Below, one piece after another: positions 18,336 to 27,549 of a stretch of 64,000 nucleotides of DNA (its first letter is position 1; every line of letters starts with the position of its first letter). The stretch is from contig OZ006992.1 of assembly GCA_963931275.1 (NCBI GenBank), forward strand, positions 63,810 to 127,809. Direction: 5' to 3'. Under the pieces are notes generated by a model, which was not told the origin of the DNA, did no database searches, and worked only from the letters and a program-made list of their open reading frames with translations. Source of the stretch: an uncultured Prevotella sp. (GTDB lineage Bacteria; Bacteroidota; Bacteroidia; Bacteroidales; Bacteroidaceae). Both the position numbers and the translations under genes were made by a program.

Positions 18336-19571
18336 ATGGAAAAAGTAAGATATTCGCCCGTAAAACCTTCTGAACGTTACGTCATCCTGGATGCCTTGAG
18401 AGGTTTTGCGCTTATCGGCATCTGCCTTGCCAACTACCCGGAGTTCTCCCTTTACACGTTCCAGCCCGCAGAAGTGACGGCCGCCATGCCTTCGGCTGGT
18501 GTTGACCGGGTGGTCAGGTTCTTGCAACTTGTCTTAGTTGACGGCAAGTTTTATACGTTGTTCTCCCTGCTTTTCGGCATTGGCTTCTCCATAATAATAA
18601 GCCATGCAGCCCAGCGTGGCGACGGCGGTTTCCGCCTGTTTTACCGCCGCATGGCCGTATTGGTGCTGCTCGGTTTCGTTCATCTGATGTTCATCTGGAG
18701 CGGCGACATACTCATGCTGTACGCATTGACGGGCATGTTGCTGCCATTGTTCAGGCATGTCAGCGACAAGGGGCTGCTCCGTTGGGCGGCTTTCTTTTTG
18801 ATGTTGCCCGTCTTTGTCGATGCCGCCACGTCGTTCCTTGGCATCAGCCTGTCAGCCCCTGCGGTGAGGGCGCAGTGGCATTACTGCCGCATGTACGGCA
18901 TTACGGAAGAAAACTTCGGCTATTGGCTGCGCGACGCCGACACGTACGGCGAGGTGTTCCAGTTCCTTGTGCAGGGCGCGCTGGTGCGTGTGCAGGAGTT
19001 CGTTGACGGCAACCGCTATTTCAAGGTGATGGGCTTGTTCATCCTCGGCTTTTACATCGGGCGGCGAAAGCTTTACGCCGACCTCGCCGCCCGCAAGGCT
19101 TTGCTGCGCAAGGTGGCCGTCACGGGCTTCGCCGCCGGCCTTCCGCTGTCGGTGGTTTACGCCTGGAGCGCGGCCGGCGGTCATCCTTTCGGCCTGACGG
19201 GCCACTCCGTCCTTTACCTCGTCAGCGTCTATCCGTTGGGCATGGCCTACATGTCGGGGCTATGCCTCCTGTACATGAAGAGCCGCGAAGCGCGCCTGTG
19301 GAGGTGGCTCGCCGCTCCGGGCAGGATGGCGTTGACCAATTATGTCGGCCAGTCAGTCGTCGGCATGTTCCTCTTCTACGGCATAAGCCTCGGCCTTGGG
19401 GCGAGCGTCGGGCTTGCCGCCACCGAACTTATAGCCTTCGGCGTGTTTGCCATTCAGGTGCTGCTCAGCAAGATTTGGCTGCGCTACTGCCAGTTCGGGC
19501 CGCTTGAATGGGTGTGGCGCATGCTTAACTACGGCAGGGCTTTCAGCCTGTTTTACAAGAAAGCAAATTAA
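18336..19571 (+). CDS. DUF418 (YeiB-like) membrane protein
   Basis: RYVILDALRGFALIGICLANY ... PLEWVWRMLNYG, the characteristic N- and C-terminal motifs. Confidence 0.85.
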   Translation: MEKVRYSPVKPSERYVILDALRGFALIGICLANYPEFSLYTFQPAEVTAAMPSAGVDRVVRFLQLVLVDGKFYTLFSLLFGIGFSIIISHAAQRGDGGFRLFYRRMAVLVLLGFVHLMFIWSGDILMLYALTGMLLPLFRHVSDKGLLRWAAFFLMLPVFVDAATSFLGISLSAPAVRAQWHYCRMYGITEENFGYWLRDADTYGEVFQFLVQGALVRVQEFVDGNRYFKVMGLFILGFYIGRRKLYADLAARKALLRKVAVTGFAAGLPLSVVYAWSAAGGHPFGLTGHSVLYLVSVYPLGMAYMSGLCLLYMKSREARLWRWLAAPGRMALTNYVGQSVVGMFLFYGISLGLGASVGLAATELIAFGVFAIQVLLSKIWLRYCQFGPLEWVWRMLNYGRAFSLFYKKAN

Positions 19572-19583
19572 AAATAGGGAATG

Positions 19584-19680
19584 GAGAATTGAGAATTGGG
19601 AATGGAAAATTATGATTTGTCTTGTGGATTAACGGACTGCAGAAGTAATCATAATTCTCCATTCCCAATTATCAATTCTC
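19584..19680. repeat. periodic-unit hairpin between convergent genes
   Basis: Arms 19584-19617 and 19647-19680, 32/34 complementary (GAGAATTGGGAATGG units). The right arm overlaps the tlpA-like stop. Confidence 0.8.
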
Positions 19681-20209
19681 AATTTAATTTGGAAAACCGC
19701 CTCGCGGCCAGTGTGTCGCCCATGGCTTTGACATCGACCGTGGCGAAGTCAACCTTGCCCTCGGGGTCGATGAGGTAGAGCGTGGGTATCCACCTTACGT
19801 TATACAGCGTGGCATACGCGCTTTCACGCCACGGCTTGCCCTCAAGGTGCTGCATCCAGTACAGCTCGTTCTCCTCGATGTACGCGCTCCACTGCTCCTC
19901 GTCTTCGTCAAACGATACGCCCACCATCGTCAGCCCCCGCTCGGCGTAGGCTTCATATATGCGCTTCATTTCGGGCGTGGCCTCCTGGCAGTCGGGGCAC
20001 CATGACGCCCAAAACTCTATCAGCACATACCCGCCGCGCAGTTCGCTCAGCCGGATGCCGTCAGGCCGTTCGGCCGTCAGGAGCGTGATGTCGGGCGCGG
20101 CCGTGCCCTTTTCGAGCAGCCCCTTGCCGTACTCGCTCGTGCCGTGTCCGTCTATCGTACACGAGATTATGCATAAGGCCAAGGCCGCGAAAGCCAAAAT
20201 ATTCTTCAT
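19679..20209 (-). CDS. TlpA/redoxin-family thiol-disulfide oxidoreductase lipoprotein
   Basis: MKNILAFAALALCIISC lipobox and WASWCPDC active site. Start moved to ATG 20209. Confidence 0.88.
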   Translation of the reverse strand: MKNILAFAALALCIISCTIDGHGTSEYGKGLLEKGTAAPDITLLTAERPDGIRLSELRGGYVLIEFWASWCPDCQEATPEMKRIYEAYAERGLTMVGVSFDEDEEQWSAYIEENELYWMQHLEGKPWRESAYATLYNVRWIPTLYLIDPEGKVDFATVDVKAMGDTLAARRFSKLN

Positions 20210-20439
20210 GATGACATTCTCCTTTTTGTATGGGCAAAGGTAATGCAAAAATCCCGTAGGGCGAAGCGAAACGCCGTTTTTTTCGTTTCCGTGGACGGTG
20301 AGGAACAGAAGGGCGGCGTCATGGCAAGCCTTTTTGTGCGGTTGCGCCATGCTTTTGCGCCATGTTTCGCCATCCATTCCACGCCATGCGGTGCGGCCTT
20401 TGTAAAAGCCTTATAATCAGAGAGTTGCCAATATGCCAT

Positions 20440-20515
20440 GTTTTACATTGCAAAACACGCTCTTTCACAGCGCAATAGGCGGCAAATCGCATCGCGAAAT
20501 GCCGCCTTTTGCTTT
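20440..20515. repeat. REP-like palindromic element (degenerate)
   Basis: ...ATAGGCGGCAAATCGCATCGCGAAATGCCGCCTTTTGC... Confidence 0.55.
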
Positions 20516-20895
20516 CTCTCTGTCCGTGCCGCCCGTGGCATGTCCTTGCGGGCAGTCAGCCCGTTGTCGCCACGTCGGCTTTCTGCTGGTCTCTGTTTTT
20601 GTGTTGTTTTGTGTTGGCTGAGATGTCAATCTGTCCGTTAGCCCCATGCCGGCGACCGCTTCAGCCTTGCCGCTTGGGCTTCCGTATGCAAATATAAGCA
20701 ATTGCCATGTCAAGCAGTCAATCCGTTTTATCCGTTCCATCCGTTTTATCCGTTTGTACGATATTTGTTGTCCGTTTCGATGATTTTCCTTATTTTTGCC
20801 AAGATTTAGCGGCTTGCGTTGAGACAGACGTACGCATTGCGCCCGCAGTGTGGCGCAGTCTCAGCGTATGGAAACAATACAAGGAAAAACAGAGA

Positions 20896-21457
20896 ATGTT
20901 GCCATCACACATAAAGACACTGGTAGAAAGGCGGTTTGGCAAGACCATTAGATATTCGTCAGACATCGAGGCGTTGAGCTATGACATCGAGGCAAGCACT
21001 GGGTTACCCGTCAGCGTCAACACGCTGAAGCGGCTATGGGGCATCGTGTGTGACGTCAAGAAGCCCCGCCTTTACACGTTGGACATAATAGCGAAGTATA
21101 TTGGCGCGGACACTTGGGACGACCTTGCCAACAACAAGCTGGAGGACAACTGCAATTCCGGCTTCAACCGGGTTGACGTGGGCGACGCCGTTGACATCGG
21201 GCAGGGCGACATTGTTGAGTTTTCGTACAAGCCTGACCGCAAGGTTGTGGTGCCGTTGCGTCGGCGGCAACTCGTTCCTTGTCGTTTCGGCGGAGAACAG
21301 CAAGCTGATGCCGGGCGACAAGATAGAGGTTGAGCATTTCGTCTTGAACTATCCGTTGATGGTGCGAAGCGTCGTGCGCGACGGCATCCAGTTGGGCCGC
21401 TTCACGGCCGGCAAGACTTCGGGCATCACGTCGCTGCATGTAGTAAAGGCCAAATGA
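20896..21457 (+). pseudogene. HTH-like small protein gene interrupted by a +1 frameshift near 21251
   Basis: Frame 1 reads MLPSHIKTLVERRFGKTI...VNTLKRLWGIV...EFSYKPDRKVVV and then decays. Frame 2 continues (R)CVGGNSFLVVSAENSKLMPGDKIEVEHFVLNYPLMVRSVVRDG...VVKAK*. Deleting one C in GTGGTGCCGTTGC restores a single ~186-aa ORF. -7 box TATTTTTG at ~20790. Confidence 0.6.
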
Positions 21458-21509
21458 TGGCGCGGCGGCCGCTGGTTTATGGCAGAAAAACACTAACTTT
21501 GCATCTGAA

Positions 21510-22766
21510 ATGGATGCATTCGACACTTCTTCTTTTGACGCAGAGCGTGGCGCGTTTCCCGTTGGTGACGCGCAGCCCGTGGCCGGCCACAGCCTGACGG
21601 CCGACCTTTACCGTGTCAAGTTGTACGGCAAGTGGCATTTCCTGAAGAAGCTCAAGCCCGAGCTTGCGGGTAATCCGGCATACATCGCGGCGTTTGAGAA
21701 GGAGTTTGACATCGGTTTCAACCTCGACCATCCAAACATTGTCAGGTACGTTTCGGTGGGCGATGACGGCACAGCCCCTTACCTCCTGACGCAATATGTT
21801 GACGGACTCACGCTTGCCGAGTTTGTCAGCAAGAATCCCGGATATTTCAAGAACAAGGCGCATTTCAGGGCTTTCGTGGCCCAGGTGCTTTCGGCCGTGA
21901 GCTACATGCACAGCCGGCAGGTGTTGCATCTCGACCTGAAGCCAGGCAACGTGATGCTGACCAACGTTGACAGGCAGGTCAAGATTGTTGACCTCGGCTT
22001 CTCTTACAGCGACCTTTACCAGCACGACACGGCGGGCTATACGGCCACTTTTGCCGCTCCGGAGCAGTTGGCAGGGGGAGAGAAGGGCACTTGGACTGAC
22101 GTCTACGCCGTCGCACGGCTGTGCGTGTTCGCGTATACTGACGGGCAGGGCGGCCTTGCCGACATGCCGTTGGCGTGGCGCAGTGTGCTTGGCAGGTGTC
22201 TTGTTGACGAGCCTGAACGCAGGGTCCAGACGGTGGACGATGTTGAGAAGCTAATCGCCAAGGGGCGCGTCAGGCGGCGCGCGGCGTCAGTGGCCGCGCT
22301 CATCGTGGTGTTGGCGGCCGGCATGGTGTTCGCTTTTAGCGGCCGGAGCGGCGTTGGTACTGTCGCCGTTGTTGACACTGTGTATGTGAAAAGCGACTCG
22401 GTTAGGGTGGTTGAGGCCTCGCCTGAGACGGTGGTGGTTGACAGGCCGGAGGCTCGGCCGTCGGAAAAGCAACTGCGTGAGGAGTATGATTATTACAGGG
22501 CGGAAGCCGGCAAGATATGGGACGCCACCCTGATTGCCGCCAATGCCCAAGACAGCGTGGCCTTGGAGCGCAGCATCAGCAGCACGCTTGGCGGACTGGC
22601 GAGGCTCGCCGACGAGGCGGAACGTCGCTGGCCGGGCAGCCGCAGACGCTTGTCGCCGTTGAGAAGCCAGTATGAATACGCCGTAAGGCAATACCGCGCG
22701 ATGAAGCTGTCGTCGTGGCGGAAGCAGTTGGTGTGGGAAAGAAGCAAGGCTGACACTGCAGGGTAA
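21510..22766 (+). CDS. membrane-anchored Ser/Thr protein kinase, atypical motifs
   Basis: Kinase core HFLKKLK (Lys), HLDLKPGNVML (catalytic loop, non-RD), KIVDLGFS (DLG in place of DFG), APEQ. TM AALIVVLAAGMVFAF. ~145-aa C-terminal extracytoplasmic tail. Confidence 0.8.
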   Translation: MDAFDTSSFDAERGAFPVGDAQPVAGHSLTADLYRVKLYGKWHFLKKLKPELAGNPAYIAAFEKEFDIGFNLDHPNIVRYVSVGDDGTAPYLLTQYVDGLTLAEFVSKNPGYFKNKAHFRAFVAQVLSAVSYMHSRQVLHLDLKPGNVMLTNVDRQVKIVDLGFSYSDLYQHDTAGYTATFAAPEQLAGGEKGTWTDVYAVARLCVFAYTDGQGGLADMPLAWRSVLGRCLVDEPERRVQTVDDVEKLIAKGRVRRRAASVAALIVVLAAGMVFAFSGRSGVGTVAVVDTVYVKSDSVRVVEASPETVVVDRPEARPSEKQLREEYDYYRAEAGKIWDATLIAANAQDSVALERSISSTLGGLARLADEAERRWPGSRRRLSPLRSQYEYAVRQYRAMKLSSWRKQLVWERSKADTAG

Positions 22767-22827
22767 GTCGTTCCTTTGTGGCGTGTCGGCTGTTTGTCTG
22801 TGTAACGTATTGGCATTCAGTGAGATA

Positions 22828-22888
22828 CAAAAGGCTGCCTCTTGCATTGCAAGAGGCGGCCTTTTGTCTTGTGAAAGATGGCCTTTCA
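22828..22888. repeat. REP-like palindromic element
   Basis: AAAAGGCTGCCTCTTGCATTGCAAGAGGCGGCCTTTTGTCTTGTGAAAGATGGCCTTTC. Confidence 0.7.
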
Positions 22889-22971
22889 TCATGCTGTTCG
22901 CCGTCTTTGGTGTTCAGGCAAGCCGTCGGCATTCGCCCATGTATGTTGAAGTCTCAGCTCTGTGGATGGCG

Positions 22972-23409
22972 TCAGTAGATGATGCCGTCGCCCGCCGGCG
23001 TGTCGTCAGGACCGAAGCTGTCGGCCATGTATTGTATGCACATCACAACGAGGTTGCCTTCGCCCGTGTTGCGCAGCGAGCGTTTGCCTGCCGGGGCAAT
23101 GCGCACGAGGCTGCCTTCGGCTATCGGGAACACCTTGTCGTCAACCTTGAACTCGCCTTCGCCCTTGATTACCATGTAGAGTTCCTCGTGTTTCTTGTGT
23201 GCGTGGACGAAGGGGCTTTCCTGTCCGGGAGTCATCGTTTGCAGCGACATCTCCATGCCCGTGGATTTCAACGCCGCGCCTGTGAACACCTTGCCCTTGA
23301 CGGTTGCGCCTCCACCCATGGGCAGTTCAAAACCGCCAAGCTCGTCAAAACTTCCTGCGGAGACGGCTGTAAAGTTGGCTCCTTCTCCTAAAACTTCAAG
23401 TTCTTTCAT
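22972..23409 (-). CDS. cupin domain protein
   Basis: 145 aa. G.ESPFVHAHKKHEELYMVIKGEGEF...G..V.I.P motif pair. Divergent from the HxlR regulator. Confidence 0.8.
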   Translation of the reverse strand: MKELEVLGEGANFTAVSAGSFDELGGFELPMGGGATVKGKVFTGAALKSTGMEMSLQTMTPGQESPFVHAHKKHEELYMVIKGEGEFKVDDKVFPIAEGSLVRIAPAGKRSLRNTGEGNLVVMCIQYMADSFGPDDTPAGDGIIY

Positions 23410-23623
23410 GTCTTTTGTCCTTATGGTTGTTATCGTTTACAGATGCAAAGATAATGCGTAAATCAATGACATACAAGAGGTTAACCTGGCGTAACACGGT
23501 TACGCCAACGTTACCATTGCTGGTTTGCAGGGTGTTGCAATTTAAGGTTTTACAATGTTTAACCTTTGTGGCTTCATTTTTAGACCTATAATGGTTACTT
23601 TTGTAAACCTTAATGGGTTGTTT

Positions 23624-23998
23624 ATGAATAGAACGGATACAGACATGGCACTCTTTCCGCAGTGCCCGATAAGGAATGTGTTGTCGAGGATAGGCGACAA
23701 GTGGTCGATGCTGGTGCTTTTCACGCTTGAAAAGTATGGTGTCCTGCGCTTCAACGGCCTGAAGCTGTACATCCCCGACATATCGAAGAAGATGCTTTCC
23801 GCGGTGCTGAAGACGCTTGAGGCTGACGGCTTGGTGTCAAGGAAGGTGTACGCCGAAGTGCCGCCGAGGGTGGAGTACGGCCTGACGGAGCGCGGGATGA
23901 CGCTCATTCCGCTTATTGACAACCTGATAAGCTGGGCGAAAGCCAATATGGATGACATATTGGCGGACAGGAACAATTATTTAATTCATAATGCATAA
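23624..23998 (+). CDS. HxlR-family winged-helix transcriptional regulator
   Basis: CPIRNVLSRIGDKWSMLVLFTL...RFNGLK..I..ISKKMLSAVLKTLEADGLVSRKVY.EVPPRVEYGLTERG. Start placed at ATG 23624. Confidence 0.9.
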   Translation: MNRTDTDMALFPQCPIRNVLSRIGDKWSMLVLFTLEKYGVLRFNGLKLYIPDISKKMLSAVLKTLEADGLVSRKVYAEVPPRVEYGLTERGMTLIPLIDNLISWAKANMDDILADRNNYLIHNA

Positions 23999-24081
23999 TG
24001 CACAATTCATAATAAGGCCTACGGTCAATGAGGAGACGGTGCGCAGCTTTATTATGAATTGTGCATTATGCATTATGAATT
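23983..24081. repeat. periodic-unit hairpin, 33-bp perfect stem, between convergent hxlR and nadB
   Basis: AATTCATAATGCATAATGCACAATTCATAATAA (23983-24015) is exactly complementary to 24049-24081. The left arm encodes the last residues and the stop of hxlR. Confidence 0.88.
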
Positions 24082-24085
24082 GAAA

Positions 24086-25675
24086 TCACTTTTTGTCGTA
24101 TGCGTGCAGCGGGTAGTCGATGGTGAAGTGCAGGCCTCGGCACTCCTTGCGCTCGATGGCCTGGCGCGTGATGAGGTAACCCACGTTAATCATGTTGCGC
24201 AGCTCGCAGATGTCGCGGCTGGCCTTTACACGCTTGAAGAGGGCCTCTGTCTCCTCGTAGAGCAGGTCGAGGCGGTCCCAGGCGCGCTTCAGGCGCAGGT
24301 CACTGCGCACGATGCCGACGTAGTTGCTCATTATTTCGCCAACTTCTTTGACGCTTTGCGTTATGAGGATTTTCTCCTCGTTGGTCATCGTCCCTTCGTC
24401 GTTCCACTCTGGGACGCGGTCGTTGAATCCGTATTCGTCAACGTGGGCGAGGCTGTGTCGTGCCGCCGCGTCGGCGTAGACCACGGCTTCGATGAGCGAG
24501 TTGCTGGCCAGGCGGTTGCCGCCGTGCAGCCCTGTGCATGAGCATTCGCCTATGGCATAGAGGCGGTGGATGCTCGACTCGCCGTTGAGGTCAACCTTTA
24601 TGCCGCCGCACATGTAGTGGGCGGCGGGGCGCACGGGTATGTATTCCTTGGTTATGTCGATGCCTATGGAGAGGCATTTCTGGTAGATGTTGGGGAAGTG
24701 GTGCTTCGTTTCCTCGGCGTCCTTGTGCGTTACGTCGAGGCATACGTGGTCAATTCCGTGTATCTTCATCTCCTTGTCGATGGCGCGTGCCACTATGTCG
24801 CGCGGCGCAAGGGACAGTCGCTTGTCGTATTTCTCCATGAACGATTCGCCCGTGGGCAGCCTCAAGATGCCGCCGTAGCCGCGCATGGCCTCGGTGATGA
24901 GGTATGCGGGATGCGTCTCTCCGGGGTGGTAGAGTGCCGTGGGGTGGAACTGTACGAACTCCATGTCCTGCACCGTACCCTTGGCGCGGTACACCATGGC
25001 CTCGCCGTCGCCTGTGGATATGATGGGGTTTGTGGTGGTCTGGTAGACGGCTCCGCATCCGCCGGTACACATTAGGGTTACTTTGCTGAGGTAGGTGTCT
25101 ACCTTCTGTGTGTCGGGGTTCAGCACGTATGCGCCGTAGCACTCGATGTCGGGTGTGCGGCGGGTCACTTCTATGCCCAGGTGGTGCTGCGTGATGATTT
25201 CCACGGCGAAGTGGTTTTCCTTTATTTCGATGGCGGGATTGCTGCGCACGGCGGCCATGAGGCCGCGCTGGATTTCGGCTCCCGTGTCGTCGGCGTGGTG
25301 GAGTATGCGGAACTCCGAGTGCCCGCCTTCGCGGTGAAGGTCGTATTCGCCGCTCTCGGTCTTGTCGAAGTTCACTCCCCATTGCACCAGTTCCTTGATT
25401 TGCGCTGGCGCGTTGCGTACCACCTGCTCAACGGCGCGGCGGTCGCTGATGTAGTCTCCGGCTATCATCGTGTCTTCGATGTGCTTCTCGAAGTTGTCAA
25501 CCTGCAGGTTGGTGACCGACGCTATGCCGCCCTGGGCTTTCGCCGTGTTGGCCTCGTCGAGTGTGGTTTTGCAGATGATGCAAATCTTTCCCTTGTGCGC
25601 TCTTGCTATCTTGAGGGCGTAGCTCATACCGGCGACACCGCCGCCGATAATCAAAAAGTCGTACTTGAATACCAT
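24086..25675 (-). CDS. nadB: L-aspartate oxidase
   Basis: MVFKYDFLIIGGGVAGMSYAL (FAD fold), ...AQGGIA..., HYMCGGI..D, LYAIGECSCTGLHGGNRLASNSL. Start moved to ATG 25675. Confidence 0.93.
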   Translation of the reverse strand: MVFKYDFLIIGGGVAGMSYALKIARAHKGKICIICKTTLDEANTAKAQGGIASVTNLQVDNFEKHIEDTMIAGDYISDRRAVEQVVRNAPAQIKELVQWGVNFDKTESGEYDLHREGGHSEFRILHHADDTGAEIQRGLMAAVRSNPAIEIKENHFAVEIITQHHLGIEVTRRTPDIECYGAYVLNPDTQKVDTYLSKVTLMCTGGCGAVYQTTTNPIISTGDGEAMVYRAKGTVQDMEFVQFHPTALYHPGETHPAYLITEAMRGYGGILRLPTGESFMEKYDKRLSLAPRDIVARAIDKEMKIHGIDHVCLDVTHKDAEETKHHFPNIYQKCLSIGIDITKEYIPVRPAAHYMCGGIKVDLNGESSIHRLYAIGECSCTGLHGGNRLASNSLIEAVVYADAAARHSLAHVDEYGFNDRVPEWNDEGTMTNEEKILITQSVKEVGEIMSNYVGIVRSDLRLKRAWDRLDLLYEETEALFKRVKASRDICELRNMINVGYLITRQAIERKECRGLHFTIDYPLHAYDKK

Positions 25676-25906
25676 TAGAATATATTTAAGTTGGCAAGTG
25701 GACAGGTTGCGGGCATGCAAGGGCTTGTTTGTCGGCATCCGGCTTGCTTGGCGTTCGGGCTTGTCTGCTTGCTCCTTTTGTCTGCCTGTTTGCTGAATTT
25801 TGGTTGCAAAAGTAATAAGAATATCCGAAATGTTGATACGGCGTAGGCCGATTTTAGCATATAAAATGTTGCTTTATGCGCTGATAATGTGACTTTTAGT
25901 GATAAA

Positions 25907-27241
25907 ATGACTAATTTTGCACCGATGATTACTAACCGAATATTCCGTCACAGGGCTTTTCTGCCCTGCCGTGCCGCCGTGGTCGCGGCTGTTGTTTCCC
26001 TGTTGTTGATGTCTTCGTGGTGTCCTGCCGTGGGGTGGGGGCGTGCCGTCAATGCCACAGCCGGTGGCGGCAAAGACACCGTAGAGGTGGATTCCGCTGG
26101 CGGCGACATCCTCATTTCAGAGCCAGACAGGCTTTGGCCGCTTGATGTGCAGTCGCGTCTTGAGACGTTGTTGGAGAGCAGCATCTTCGAGACTTCAACC
26201 GTGGGGATGATGGTTTACGACCTTACGGCCGACTCTGTGATTTTTAGGCATAACGAGCGGCAACTGATGCGGCCGGCCAGCACGATGAAGATGATGGTGG
26301 CCGTGGCGGCTCTCGACCGCTTGGGCAAGGACTACAAGTATGAGACAAGCTTGCTGTACACGGGCGACGTGGACGGCAACACGCTTGACGGCGACCTGTT
26401 TTGCAAGGGCGGGTTCGACCCGATGTTCGACTCAGGCGACCTCGACGTGTTTGTTGACAGCGTGCGCAGCCTTGGCGTTGACACTATAAGCGGCGACATC
26501 TACGCCGACGTTTCGATGAAGGATGACGACCGACTGGGCGAAGGCTGGTGCTGGGACGATGACAATCCGGTGCTTTCGCCGCTGCTGCTTTCACGTGAGG
26601 ACGACTTCTGCGAACGGCTGAGGAGCCGTCTGCGCAGGGTTGGCATTGTGGTGACAGGTGAAGTTAAGACGGGGCGCACGCCGCGCCGTGCCCGTGAGCT
26701 TTGCATTGTTTCGCGCCGGTTGGACGATGTTTTGCCGCGCATGATGAAGAAGAGCGACAACCTGTATGCCGAGTCGGTGTTCTATCATCTGGCCGCATCG
26801 GCTGGCTCGTCAGCACCGGCCACGGCGAAGACGGGGCGCAACGTGATGAACGGCCTTATAGAGCGGCTCGGCTTCAAGCCGTCAAGGTATTACATAGCCG
26901 ACGGCAGCGGACTGTCGCTTTACAACTACGTGTCGCCTGAATTGGAGGTGGCGTTCCTCAAATACGCCTACAAGCATGACCGCATTTATGCGCCCCTGTA
27001 TGCCGTAATGCCGATAGCCGGGGTTGACGGCACGCTCGGCAGGCGTATGCGCCACGGCTACGCCCGCGGCAATGTGCATGCGAAGACGGGCACGGTGACG
27101 GGTGTCAGCGCGCTGGCAGGATACTGCAAGGCGGCAAACGGGCATGTGCTTTGCTTCTCAATCATCAACATGGGCATACGCCATTCGTCGTCAGGGCGCA
27201 ACTTCCAGGACCGTGTCTGCGAGGCTCTTTGCCGGCCGTAA
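25907..27241 (+). CDS. dacB: D-alanyl-D-alanine carboxypeptidase/endopeptidase (PBP4, peptidase S13)
   Basis: PASTMKM (SxxK), SDN, AKTGT (KTG) motifs. Start uncertain (25889 GTG, 25907 or 25925 ATG). Confidence 0.88.
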   Translation: MTNFAPMITNRIFRHRAFLPCRAAVVAAVVSLLLMSSWCPAVGWGRAVNATAGGGKDTVEVDSAGGDILISEPDRLWPLDVQSRLETLLESSIFETSTVGMMVYDLTADSVIFRHNERQLMRPASTMKMMVAVAALDRLGKDYKYETSLLYTGDVDGNTLDGDLFCKGGFDPMFDSGDLDVFVDSVRSLGVDTISGDIYADVSMKDDDRLGEGWCWDDDNPVLSPLLLSREDDFCERLRSRLRRVGIVVTGEVKTGRTPRRARELCIVSRRLDDVLPRMMKKSDNLYAESVFYHLAASAGSSAPATAKTGRNVMNGLIERLGFKPSRYYIADGSGLSLYNYVSPELEVAFLKYAYKHDRIYAPLYAVMPIAGVDGTLGRRMRHGYARGNVHAKTGTVTGVSALAGYCKAANGHVLCFSIINMGIRHSSSGRNFQDRVCEALCRP

Positions 27242-27251
27242 GTCTTTTTTG

Positions 27252-27440
27252 GGAAGTTAAAGAAGTTATAGAATTTAAAGAAGTTAAAGACAAGTGTTTT
27301 GCTGCTTGCGTTTTTTGGAAGTTAAAGAAGTTATAGAATTTAAAGGAGTTAAAGCCAAATGCTTTGCCGATTGCGTTTTTTTTGGAAGTTAAAGAAGTTA
27401 TAGAAGTTAAAGGAATTAAAGCCAAGTGCTTTGCTCTTTG
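27252..27440 (+). repeat. three direct tandem copies (~65-67 nt) of a single hairpin arm plus junction
   Basis: Units start at 27252, 27317 and 27384: GGAAGTTAAAGAAGTTATAGAATTTAAAG[AG]AGTTAAAG[AC]C-A[AG][AG]TG(C)TTTGC.... All are in one orientation, with no complementary partner nearby. Confidence 0.85.
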
Positions 27441-27463
27441 TAATCAATTGATAATCAAGGATG

Positions 27464-27543
27464 TTGCAAAAGGGCATCTTCCGCATTGCGGAAGATGCCC
27501 TTTTGGCGTGCGTTTTGTGGCCTTTCGCCGTGCGAAAGGCCAT
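27464..27543. repeat. REP-like palindromic element
   Basis: AAAAGGGCATCTTCCGCATTGCGGAAGATGCCCTTTT, then GTGGCCTTTCGCCGTGCGAAAGGCCAT. Confidence 0.8.
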
Positions 27544-27549
27544 GAACTG

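Noticed and set aside
21240-21260. Programmed ribosomal frameshift in the HTH-like gene
   Set aside because: There is no slippery heptamer, homopolymer run or downstream pseudoknot-like structure at the shift point. A simple 1-nt indel, either a mutation or a sequencing error, explains it.
27252-27440. Possible CRISPR array (regular ~65-nt periodicity)
   Set aside because: The segments between the 40-nt repeats are themselves homologous to one another, so they are not unique spacers. There are only three units and no cas genes in the window. The repeat is the arm of the hairpin family.
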